Positions 1 to 7,270 of a stretch of 20,000 bases of DNA are shown piece by piece. The position numbers and the translations under genes are program-made. This stretch comes from an uncultured virus (IMG/VR IMGVR_UViG_3300025530_000008). Its lineage: Duplodnaviria > Heunggongvirae > Uroviricota > Caudoviricetes > Herelleviridae. Positions within the stretch are counted from its first letter, which is position 1, and every line of letters starts with the position of its first letter. The notes below the pieces were generated by a model, which was not told where the DNA came from, did no database searches, and saw only the letters and a program-made list of their open reading frames with translations. The stretch lies in IMG/VR virus record IMGVR_UViG_3300025530_000008; one strand, 5' to 3'.

Positions 1-1
1 G

Positions 2-3000
2 ACGAGCTGGGGACTCACCCCGGATGTGCTGGAGATGCGACCGACGCGCATCGTCTACGGCCGGAGCCGGGAAGACATCCTGAAGTCGCTCGAGCCGCAT
101 GAATACGTCGGCAGCTTCGTTACGTTCGAAGACGGCGAAGTCGCTGCGCAGGTAACGGAGCTCACGCTGCCTGAAGGTCACGAACTTCGGAAGGCCTTTA
201 TGGACACGCTTCAGAAGGCCATGTTCCCGCACAAGGGAGCATCCAACGCCGAGATCAACAAGAAGGCGCAGGAATACGTACGGGCCAATAAACAGCGGTA
301 CGCCAGTCTGGCGGACCAGCAACTGGGACGTATCCGGGGAAAAGGCGGTAGCCTCACATGGTCTGAAGAACTTCTTCTGAAGAACCCGGGAAGCGCGTGG
401 ATCACGTGGGGCGGTAAACGCATCCTGATTAACACCGGGAACGGTGAGATCATATACGACTCCCGGAATGAGGCACACCGCGAGGACTACAACCAAGGGG
501 CGCAGGAAGACAAGATCGAGTTCCACCACGAGAAGGAAGCCGGCGTCAGTGAGGAAAACGCTCACGAGCACGACCACGGCATCCAAGCCTTCCGAAACGA
601 GTTCATGAACCGCATGCGGGACGAGTGGATCAAGAAGGAAGGCAACAAGATTGTCGGCGGAATAAAGGGAGAGTTTTTGCAACACAACTCGCACAAGGCA
701 CTGGACGTGTACCGCGACCTTTCGGATGAGGAACGGAAGGCACTTGATGACATGGGCGCCGACCGCGAGGCGAAAGCGGCGTTCCTCGGCGACCACTTCC
801 TGCGTAAAGAGGGCGTCATCGAAGCGCTCCAGCAATACCGGAACGGCGAGCTTTCGGAAGAAGACATTCGGCAGCGGCTGGCCGGTCTGGGGTCGCTGGC
901 GGGACGCAACTCGAAGATGATGGCTTCGTTCCTCGGCGACGTGAAGAAGCACGACCCGGCGACGGAGGAAGGGCTTAAGAAGCTGGCCGAATCGTTCGGT
1001 GCGAAAGAAATGACTCGTGCTGGCGAAGAAGCGAGCAAGAACCTTCTGCCGGAGGGCAAATACATGATTGGCAACCCGATTACGGGCAAAACCATGATTG
1101 TACACGTTGGCGGTGCCTTCACCGGCGGCCGCGGCAGCCGGAAGAAGGACGAGTCCGGCAAAGAGGAAAAAGGGAAGTACACTTCCGAAGTTCTCGAAGC
1201 GTTCGACCCGGATGGCCGCATCCATGAGACGATCAACACGTGGGGCGATCTCGGCCGGGCACTCGGCTACACGGGCAAAGAGGCAAGCGACCTGAAGGCG
1301 ACGCTGGTGGCACACGCCAACACGGCGCCGGATAAGCCGTTCATGCAGAAAATTTCGGATGAGGAATTCGCCCAGCACCGGGCGAAGACGAAAGCCGGGC
1401 TTCAGGAGTCCATGCTTCATAAAGATTTCCGGCTGGTCGACCAGACCCGGGACAAGGACGGCAACATCACGAGCCAGACCTTTGCTCAGAAGATGCCGGA
1501 CGGCACCATGAACCACATCACGGTCGACGGCAGCGGCCGGATTACGGACCCGCTGATGCGACGCCTGCTCAACCAGCGCGCACCGGTGACGAACGAGAAG
1601 GAACTGAACGAACTTCTGAAGAACGCGGTCGGCAACCGGGTATGGGTGACGGCACACTTCGGAAGCGACATCCACATCGGAGACGCGCTGGGCCATCACG
1701 TGCAACTGGAGTATGACGGAAAAGGCGCGCCGCGGGTAGTCGGCGGAAAGTACGACGGCTATCGGTACGTTGACCGCCGCGACATTCCGAAAGGCGCAAT
1801 CGACCCGGCAACGGGCGAGCCGGTAAAAGCGCTGTTCCGCAACGGCCGATTGGTTGATCGTCGATTTACGACGAAAAATGACGTGCCGATGCGGGAAGGT
1901 AATCCGGTCATGTACAGGGACGGCGACAGCTACAAGAAGGGCCGCATCTACTCCATCGAGGGCGACAACTACAAGATCACGGATGGCCAAGGGCACGTCA
2001 TCGGCATTTTCAAGAAGGAAGACCTGAAGCCGGCGAAGCAGGAAGGTCGCATGCTTTCGGAAGCCGGAACGGCCGTGCTGAAGGTAGCTCAGACCGGTAC
2101 GCACCGCTTGAACGTACAGGAAGCACTGGCTGACATGTCGAAGGGCCGCCGGAAGCTGCTTGAAGAAGCCCTTCAGAGGGCACACATCCAGCGCGCAGCA
2201 TTCGACTCCGACGGTAACCTTCGGAACGAGCTGGAGCTGTCGGATGCAGCGCACAAGCGGCTGAGCAAAATCCTCGGCCGGTCGAAAGCCGGACGGGAAA
2301 TCCTGTCGAAGTTCAACAGCGCCTACACGAAAGAACTGGAGCTGCATGTGCCGGAGCGCCTGCGGAGCGTGGTCGAAGCGGAAGGCGTCCGGGTGCTGGC
2401 AGACGGCACGGCGCGCATTTCGGCATCGAAGTTCGAACAACTTCGGGATGTGCTGAACAACGCCGGCAGCGGCATTTCGCTGACCTATCAAGCGCAGGAG
2501 CATTTGGCGGATCACTTCGCCCGCAAAGATCGTGTTCCGAAGGAAGTCAGCGAGCTGCGGAAGAAGTATCAGCCGTCGACGATTGAATCCGGCGACAAGG
2601 AATTCGACAAGCACTACAAGGCGCAGTTCAACGAGAAGTCGTACCTGATGGACCCGTCAAAAGGTCTGTACGGCACGCAGCTTGACGGCGTCTCGCACCT
2701 CATCGAGCGCGGCCGGGGCATTGCCGGCCACGGCATGGGTACGGGTAAGACGATCCTCGGCGTGGTTGCCGGCCTGCATACGAAAGCGCAGGCGCTTGCT
2801 CGGGGCGAGAAACCGAAGAAGACGCTTATCGTGGCGCCGAAGGGCATCATGTCGGACTGGGGCAAGGAAATCGCCACGCACACCAACAGCAAGGCGCTCT
2901 ATATCGGTGGCGCAAGCAGCTTCGCCGGAGCGAAGCGCGGCGAGGACGGTAAGCGCTACTGGGGCCAAGCCGGCACGGAGCAGGAAGCTGTCGACATTCG

Positions 3001-4897
3001 GAAGTTCAAGAAAGGCTCGCACGCCGGTCAAGATCACGACTTCCATATCGTCAGCTACGACACGTTCATGCGGAACCGCGACTTCTTCGCCAACAGCGGC
3101 GAGTACGACAACATCGTCATCGACGAAGTCCACGCCTTCAAGAACCAGAAAGGCAAGCGCGGCGCCGCGCTGGCGGAGACGACGGACAAGTTCAAGAACG
3201 TGTGGGGCCTGTCAGGTACGCCGATGGAGAATGATCCGCGTGAGATGCACGCATTGGTCGACACCATCACCGGCGGCCGGCACGAGCTCGGAAGCCTGCG
3301 GGAGTTCCAGAACAAGTACATGATGAAGGACCGCAACGGCAAGCTGGTCGGCATCAAGCCGAGCATGGCGGAAAAGCTGGGCGACATTCTGGCATCCATA
3401 GTGCAGTTCCGAAGCGGCGAGGACGTAACCTACAACGACGGCAGCAAGATTCGCTTCCCGCATCTGGTTGGTCAGCAATCGAATGATCCGGGACAGAATC
3501 CGAGTCCTCCGGTCGACTTCATCGGTGACATGGTCGACCGCAGCCGCGACCACCAGACGACGGATTACTACGGCACGAAGCACTCGATTACCGATTTCGA
3601 AACCAGTACGAAGCAGGTTACCAACGCGAAAAGCGGCGAAACCTACGAGGTCACCACGACGACGCCGAAGAATGTATCGCCGGAGCTGGCGGCCATGTAT
3701 GATACGTACAAGTCACTTGAAGCGAAGTACCTGCCAGCATCGAAGCTTAACGAGCTGGCGTCTGCGGCCGCAACAGGCATCGATCAAGGCCAGAAAGGTC
3801 AGTCGAACTACCTGACGGCCATGCAGAAGCTTCAGAAGTTCCTGAATGCACCGCTGGCGCACAAGATGTATGTCGAAGGCGGAAACGCAATCGATTCCGA
3901 CGCAACGGATGCGCAGGCGGAAAAGCCGGCGAAGGGTGGCGCCTCCGGTCTGGTCGAAGGCAAGCACTACATCGTCGACGAGAACGGCTTCAAGCGCTAC
4001 TTTGAAAGCGACGGCAAGGGCGGTTACCTGCGTAACCCGGACGGCAGCCCGAAGCTGCTGCCGCCGCTGCACAAGCAGAATCCGAAAGCGCAGTACCTGC
4101 AAGACCGGATTCACAAGTATCTGGATTCGCTCATGTTGGAGAACCGCCGTCGGGTAGCCCGCGGCGATAAGCCGCTGGTGCCGAAGGTTGTCGTGAAGTC
4201 GAACTACACGACGTTCGGCACAGACATCGTCGACAACGTGCTGAAGGAAGTCCGTAACACGCACCCGATCTTCGCCGAACTGGCGCGGCAGGGTTACACG
4301 AACTTGACCCACGGACAGTTCACCGGTGAAGCGAAGGACCGGGAAGAAACAAAGAGCGGCTTCCGCGGCAACAAGCACGACTACCTGAATAATCAGGGCA
4401 ACCTGTGGGCCACGACGGTTTCGCCGGCCGGTAAAGAAGGCGTTGACTTCGGAAACGCGCATCTGATGATCCACTACGATCAAGACTGGAACCCGCAGAA
4501 GATGGCGCAGTTTACGGCGCGCGTCCGGCGGTCGGACTCGGCGAAGACGCACGAGCAGGTCGGCCGGGCGAATGCGGTTCGGGTCGAATCGCTGCACGTT
4601 CCGAATACGGTCGAGGACTTCATCTTCAACGCGCAAGACGCGAAGATGCGTGCGATTCAGCACGTTGTCCAAAGCACCCGGGATGCAGAGGCCTTCCCGA
4701 AGCTCGGTGAAACCGAAGGCACGGTCGGTTACGGTGCCCGCGGATTCACCAGTCGCAAGCAGCCGCGTCAGCCGGTTGCACCGGCACGACCGGATAAAGC
4801 GCCGAGCATTCCAAAGCCCGGAAGCGGCGGAGCTGAAGTTCGGAAGCCCATGTTGGCGAGTGCTGACAAAGCACTGAAGTTAGTGGTACTCTTGTAG
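2..4897 (+). CDS. Giant multidomain protein with C-terminal SNF2/SWI2-family (SF2) ATPase/helicase; 5'-truncated; candidate virion-packaged (DarB-like) protein
   Basis: The frame is open from base 2, so the true start lies upstream. SF2 motifs: I GHGMGTGKT (~2726-2752), Ia LIVAPKGIMSDW, II VIDEVH (~3116-3133), III LSGTPMEN, V SPAGKEGVDF, DQDWNP, and a divergent VI QFTARVRR. A possible SH3/KOW-like segment lies at ~1890-2030. The ORF ends with tandem TAG TAG. Confidence 0.85.
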   Translation, partial: TSWGLTPDVLEMRPTRIVYGRSREDILKSLEPHEYVGSFVTFEDGEVAAQVTELTLPEGHELRKAFMDTLQKAMFPHKGASNAEINKKAQEYVRANKQRYASLADQQLGRIRGKGGSLTWSEELLLKNPGSAWITWGGKRILINTGNGEIIYDSRNEAHREDYNQGAQEDKIEFHHEKEAGVSEENAHEHDHGIQAFRNEFMNRMRDEWIKKEGNKIVGGIKGEFLQHNSHKALDVYRDLSDEERKALDDMGADREAKAAFLGDHFLRKEGVIEALQQYRNGELSEEDIRQRLAGLGSLAGRNSKMMASFLGDVKKHDPATEEGLKKLAESFGAKEMTRAGEEASKNLLPEGKYMIGNPITGKTMIVHVGGAFTGGRGSRKKDESGKEEKGKYTSEVLEAFDPDGRIHETINTWGDLGRALGYTGKEASDLKATLVAHANTAPDKPFMQKISDEEFAQHRAKTKAGLQESMLHKDFRLVDQTRDKDGNITSQTFAQKMPDGTMNHITVDGSGRITDPLMRRLLNQRAPVTNEKELNELLKNAVGNRVWVTAHFGSDIHIGDALGHHVQLEYDGKGAPRVVGGKYDGYRYVDRRDIPKGAIDPATGEPVKALFRNGRLVDRRFTTKNDVPMREGNPVMYRDGDSYKKGRIYSIEGDNYKITDGQGHVIGIFKKEDLKPAKQEGRMLSEAGTAVLKVAQTGTHRLNVQEALADMSKGRRKLLEEALQRAHIQRAAFDSDGNLRNELELSDAAHKRLSKILGRSKAGREILSKFNSAYTKELELHVPERLRSVVEAEGVRVLADGTARISASKFEQLRDVLNNAGSGISLTYQAQEHLADHFARKDRVPKEVSELRKKYQPSTIESGDKEFDKHYKAQFNEKSYLMDPSKGLYGTQLDGVSHLIERGRGIAGHGMGTGKTILGVVAGLHTKAQALARGEKPKKTLIVAPKGIMSDWGKEIATHTNSKALYIGGASSFAGAKRGEDGKRYWGQAGTEQEAVDIRKFKKGSHAGQDHDFHIVSYDTFMRNRDFFANSGEYDNIVIDEVHAFKNQKGKRGAALAETTDKFKNVWGLSGTPMENDPREMHALVDTITGGRHELGSLREFQNKYMMKDRNGKLVGIKPSMAEKLGDILASIVQFRSGEDVTYNDGSKIRFPHLVGQQSNDPGQNPSPPVDFIGDMVDRSRDHQTTDYYGTKHSITDFETSTKQVTNAKSGETYEVTTTTPKNVSPELAAMYDTYKSLEAKYLPASKLNELASAAATGIDQGQKGQSNYLTAMQKLQKFLNAPLAHKMYVEGGNAIDSDATDAQAEKPAKGGASGLVEGKHYIVDENGFKRYFESDGKGGYLRNPDGSPKLLPPLHKQNPKAQYLQDRIHKYLDSLMLENRRRVARGDKPLVPKVVVKSNYTTFGTDIVDNVLKEVRNTHPIFAELARQGYTNLTHGQFTGEAKDREETKSGFRGNKHDYLNNQGNLWATTVSPAGKEGVDFGNAHLMIHYDQDWNPQKMAQFTARVRRSDSAKTHEQVGRANAVRVESLHVPNTVEDFIFNAQDAKMRAIQHVVQSTRDAEAFPKLGETEGTVGYGARGFTSRKQPRQPVAPARPDKAPSIPKPGSGGAEVRKPMLASADKALKLVVLL

Positions 4898-4902
4898 TAG
4901 CA

Positions 4903-4930
4903 GAGCGGGGCGGAAATGCCCCGCTCCCTT
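4903..4930 (+). terminator. GC-rich hairpin after the SNF2 gene (possible weak terminator or stabiliser)
   Basis: 9-bp stem GAGCGGGGC (4903-4911) / GCCCCGCTC (4918-4926), followed by only a poor U-tract (CCTT). Confidence 0.5.
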
Positions 4931-4948
4931 AAGGGAGGGGGTAGGTAA

Positions 4949-5203
4949 GTGGCGGACCGGATGTTCGATACGGACTCATTTCTGGATGAGATTCAGACAC
5001 CGGAAGAAGCAAAAGCCTGCGTGGATTTCCTGACCGCGAACGAACGAATCTTCCGAAGACAGCTTATGGACGAGGGCCTGTCGCATGAGCAGGAAGAACA
5101 GGAAGTAAAGGCGGTCTGGACGAATCTCATCAAGGCCTGCCGCCGGGTCGGCTACAAAGACCCGTGGGTGGATGAGAAGGCAAAACGATACGGTGTAGGG
5201 TAA
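4949..5203 (+). CDS. Small acidic helical hypothetical protein (84 aa)
   Basis: GTG start after a G-rich SD region (AAGGGAGGGGGTAGG). Its stop overlaps the next SD (TAAGGAGG). Confidence 0.75.
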   Translation: MADRMFDTDSFLDEIQTPEEAKACVDFLTANERIFRRQLMDEGLSHEQEEQEVKAVWTNLIKACRRVGYKDPWVDEKAKRYGVG

Positions 5204-5216
5204 GGAGGTCTGGGCG

Positions 5217-5417
5217 GTGGTAAAATGCGAAGGCTGCGGGCGGATCATTCTTGACCAGACTTCGGAGGGATGGAAGCTGCGCACACGAATGCTGCTGTTC
5301 GAGCGCGGCGGTGCGTATGCGATATGTCCGTCTTGCAAGAAGGAAGTCAAGGTGCCTGTCGTATTGAACGATCCACCGCCCGCACTTCCGAAGACGAAAT
5401 TGTTGGTGAAAATTTGA
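5217..5417 (+). CDS. Small zinc-ribbon protein (CxxC...CxxC, 66 aa); architecture reminiscent of Mu Com-like regulators
   Basis: SD TAAGGAGGT at 5201-5209, GTG start, CEGC and CPSC motifs. Confidence 0.8.
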   Translation: MVKCEGCGRIILDQTSEGWKLRTRMLLFERGGAYAICPSCKKEVKVPVVLNDPPPALPKTKLLVKI

Positions 5418-5427
5418 AACAATATTA

Positions 5428-5456
5428 TTGACTAACTTCCGAAGTGGAAGTATATT
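5428..5456 (+). promoter_or_regulatory. Sigma-A/sigma-70-type promoter upstream of the structured RNA and head operon
   Basis: TTGACT (5428-5433), a 17-bp spacer, then TATATT (5451-5456). An AT-rich UP-like tract at 5409-5427 stands out in otherwise GC-rich DNA. The spacer contains CTTCCGAAG. Confidence 0.8.
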
Positions 5457-5462
5457 CAGAAT

Positions 5463-5600
5463 CAAAAGGGCAACGAAGTCCAACGAGGACAGCCCAAGAC
5501 GTGCATTTGTGGATCGTCCTTTACCAGCTCCTCGATCCACAAATGACATAGCCGTCCCCATCCCGCGGCTTACGTCTTGTGCTGTCCTCGTTGGATTTTT
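5463..5600 (+). ncRNA. Predicted structured RNA (three-way junction), either a discrete sRNA or a 5' leader
   Basis: Pairings: 5479-5493/5581-5595 (15 bp perfect), 5495-5502/5572-5579 (8 bp), 5504-5516/5533-5545 (13 bp, 16-nt loop) and 5550-5554/5566-5570 (5 bp, 11-nt loop). It ends in TTTTT at 5596-5600 and begins just downstream of the promoter. Confidence 0.65.
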
Positions 5601-5623
5601 GGCGGGGAAAGGTAGGTGATAAC

Positions 5624-7237
5624 ATGCGTTCCACGCTGGAAAACAACGACACTTACCATCTGTGGGTGCCCATTGAAGACGCCGACCTGATGAAGTCGGT
5701 CGAAGTCGATGAAAATGGCGACTGGATTGTTCGCGGCGTCATGACATCCGACGACAAGGACGAGGAAAACGACGTTATCAGCCCTGAAGGTATGGATTGC
5801 TCGTACTTCCTCGAGAAAGGCTGGATCAAATACGAGCACGGCAACAATCCGAACCAGTTCATCGGCGAACCGATCGCCGTCAAGGTAGGGCGCTTCAAGC
5901 ATCCGACACTCGACAAGTCGGTCAACGGCGTCTATGTCGAAGGCAGGCTGTACCGTAACCGCGAGCTTGCAAAGCAGGCCGTTCAAACGATCGAAGACCT
6001 TCAGAAGTCGAACACCAAACGGCGGATGGGTTGGTCGATCGAGGGCAGCGTGCGCGAGCGGTGCCGAAAGACCGGCAAAATCGTGAAATCCGTTCTTCGG
6101 AACGTGGTACTTACGATGAATCCGGTAAATACAATGACGTGGGTCGAACTGGCGAAGTCCTTCGCTAAAAACCACGAACTGACGATCGACATGCCGATGG
6201 ACAAGTCTCTTGACACCGGCGAAATGGCGGAAGTGACGCCGCAGTCGGTCGAGGGCGGGAGCAAGAAAGCTGTTCCCGAAGTAAGCGACGAGGCATGGAG
6301 CCGTCTTCTGCGCGCTTTCGTTGAAAGCGACGAAGACGATATCCATAAATCCGTGGACTCGCCGGGAAGTTTGGCCATGAAGGCCTTCGCCTTTGCCAAA
6401 CTGAAAGGCTTCAACTACGACGACGCCTACACTTTCGGTGCGTTCGTCAAGCAAAACCACGGGAAAATTCGGCTCTTAATCAAGAGCCATGGGGGTGAGA
6501 CGATGAGCAAGCAAACGGGTGTGCTCGACACGGCGCTGGAGGAACTGGAGAAGGCGCTGGACATCGAAGCTGTGCAGGACGAGGACGAGCTGCTGAAATC
6601 GCAATCTTCCGAAGATGACGAGGAAGATTACGAGGACGACAGCGAGGACTACGAAGACGCCGACGAGGACAGTGACGAGGACAGCGACGAGGACAGCGAC
6701 GAGGACAGCGACGAGGACAGCGACGAGGAAGGCGACGGCGAAGGTTTTGCGAAGTCCTTCAGCAAGGACAGCACGGTGCAGCAAGCGCTGGAAGTCTCGG
6801 ACTTCCTGTCCAGACTCGTCGACGAAGTCGGCTACTCGATCGACACCGTGAACAAGTCCCTGAGCAGCGTAAGCCGTCAGCAAAGCGCACTTCTGAAGGC
6901 ATTCAAGGCCGTTGGCGAACAGCTCCGCGACCTTGCGGAAGAAAACGCTGAGCTGAAGAAATCCTTCGAAGAACTGCTGAATCGTCCGATCGGGCGCCGC
7001 GGCGTAACGTCGACGCGGGAAGTCCAAACCATCACGAAGGGCTTCAATCTGGGTCCGCAGCCGATGGAAGGCAAGCTGACGAGAGCGAGAGTGCTCGCCG
7101 AGCTGAATAAATCGTTCGAAGCCGGCAACTACAGCCTCGGCGAAGAAATCATGCGCTACGAGGCGGGTGTTCCGCTCGAGAACTTGAACCTTCCGCACGA
7201 GCTGCGCGTGAAGTTCGGCCTCGCATCGGCTGAATAA
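5624..7237 (+). CDS. Prohead protease fused to an acidic scaffold-like domain (537 aa)
   Basis: The ATG at 5624 follows SD AAAGGTAGGTGAT and is preferred over the track's 5579 start. Herpes/HK97-type protease signatures: D-x-E-N-D, IKYEH, GWSIEG and VVLTMNPVN. The C-terminal half is acidic/coiled-coil, and the gene lies directly before the capsid gene. Confidence 0.85.
   Translation: MRSTLENNDTYHLWVPIEDADLMKSVEVDENGDWIVRGVMTSDDKDEENDVISPEGMDCSYFLEKGWIKYEHGNNPNQFIGEPIAVKVGRFKHPTLDKSVNGVYVEGRLYRNRELAKQAVQTIEDLQKSNTKRRMGWSIEGSVRERCRKTGKIVKSVLRNVVLTMNPVNTMTWVELAKSFAKNHELTIDMPMDKSLDTGEMAEVTPQSVEGGSKKAVPEVSDEAWSRLLRAFVESDEDDIHKSVDSPGSLAMKAFAFAKLKGFNYDDAYTFGAFVKQNHGKIRLLIKSHGGETMSKQTGVLDTALEELEKALDIEAVQDEDELLKSQSSEDDEEDYEDDSEDYEDADEDSDEDSDEDSDEDSDEDSDEEGDGEGFAKSFSKDSTVQQALEVSDFLSRLVDEVGYSIDTVNKSLSSVSRQQSALLKAFKAVGEQLRDLAEENAELKKSFEELLNRPIGRRGVTSTREVQTITKGFNLGPQPMEGKLTRARVLAELNKSFEAGNYSLGEEIMRYEAGVPLENLNLPHELRVKFGLASAE
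6503..7237 (+). CDS. Putative nested in-frame scaffolding protein (244 aa) from an internal start
   Basis: Strong SD GGGGGTGA (6491-6498) shortly before an in-frame ATG at 6503 (MSKQTGVLDTALEELEKAL...). Confidence 0.65.
   Translation: MSKQTGVLDTALEELEKALDIEAVQDEDELLKSQSSEDDEEDYEDDSEDYEDADEDSDEDSDEDSDEDSDEDSDEEGDGEGFAKSFSKDSTVQQALEVSDFLSRLVDEVGYSIDTVNKSLSSVSRQQSALLKAFKAVGEQLRDLAEENAELKKSFEELLNRPIGRRGVTSTREVQTITKGFNLGPQPMEGKLTRARVLAELNKSFEAGNYSLGEEIMRYEAGVPLENLNLPHELRVKFGLASAE
6662..6727 (+). repeat. 12-bp tandem repeat GACGAGGACAGY x5 encoding (DEDS)n in the scaffold
   Basis: Directly visible in the sequence. Confidence 0.95.
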
Positions 7238-7270
7238 TCCATTAGCCTAAGAGAAAGGGGAGAACGCGAC

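Noticed and set aside
3420..4200. Intein in the SNF2 insertion
   Set aside because: No Cys/Ser-start block, no His-Asn/Cys-Ser-Thr junction and no LAGLIDADG motifs seen.
5475..5600. tRNA or CRISPR interpretation of the inverted repeats
   Set aside because: Only two internal arms, no T-loop/D-loop consensus and no CCA end. There is no repeat-spacer periodicity.
5428..5619. 63-aa ORF across the promoter/RNA region, and the track's 5579 start for the protease
   Set aside because: The ORF starts at the TTG of the -35 box with no SD. The region is better explained as promoter plus RNA structure, and the SD supports ATG 5624.
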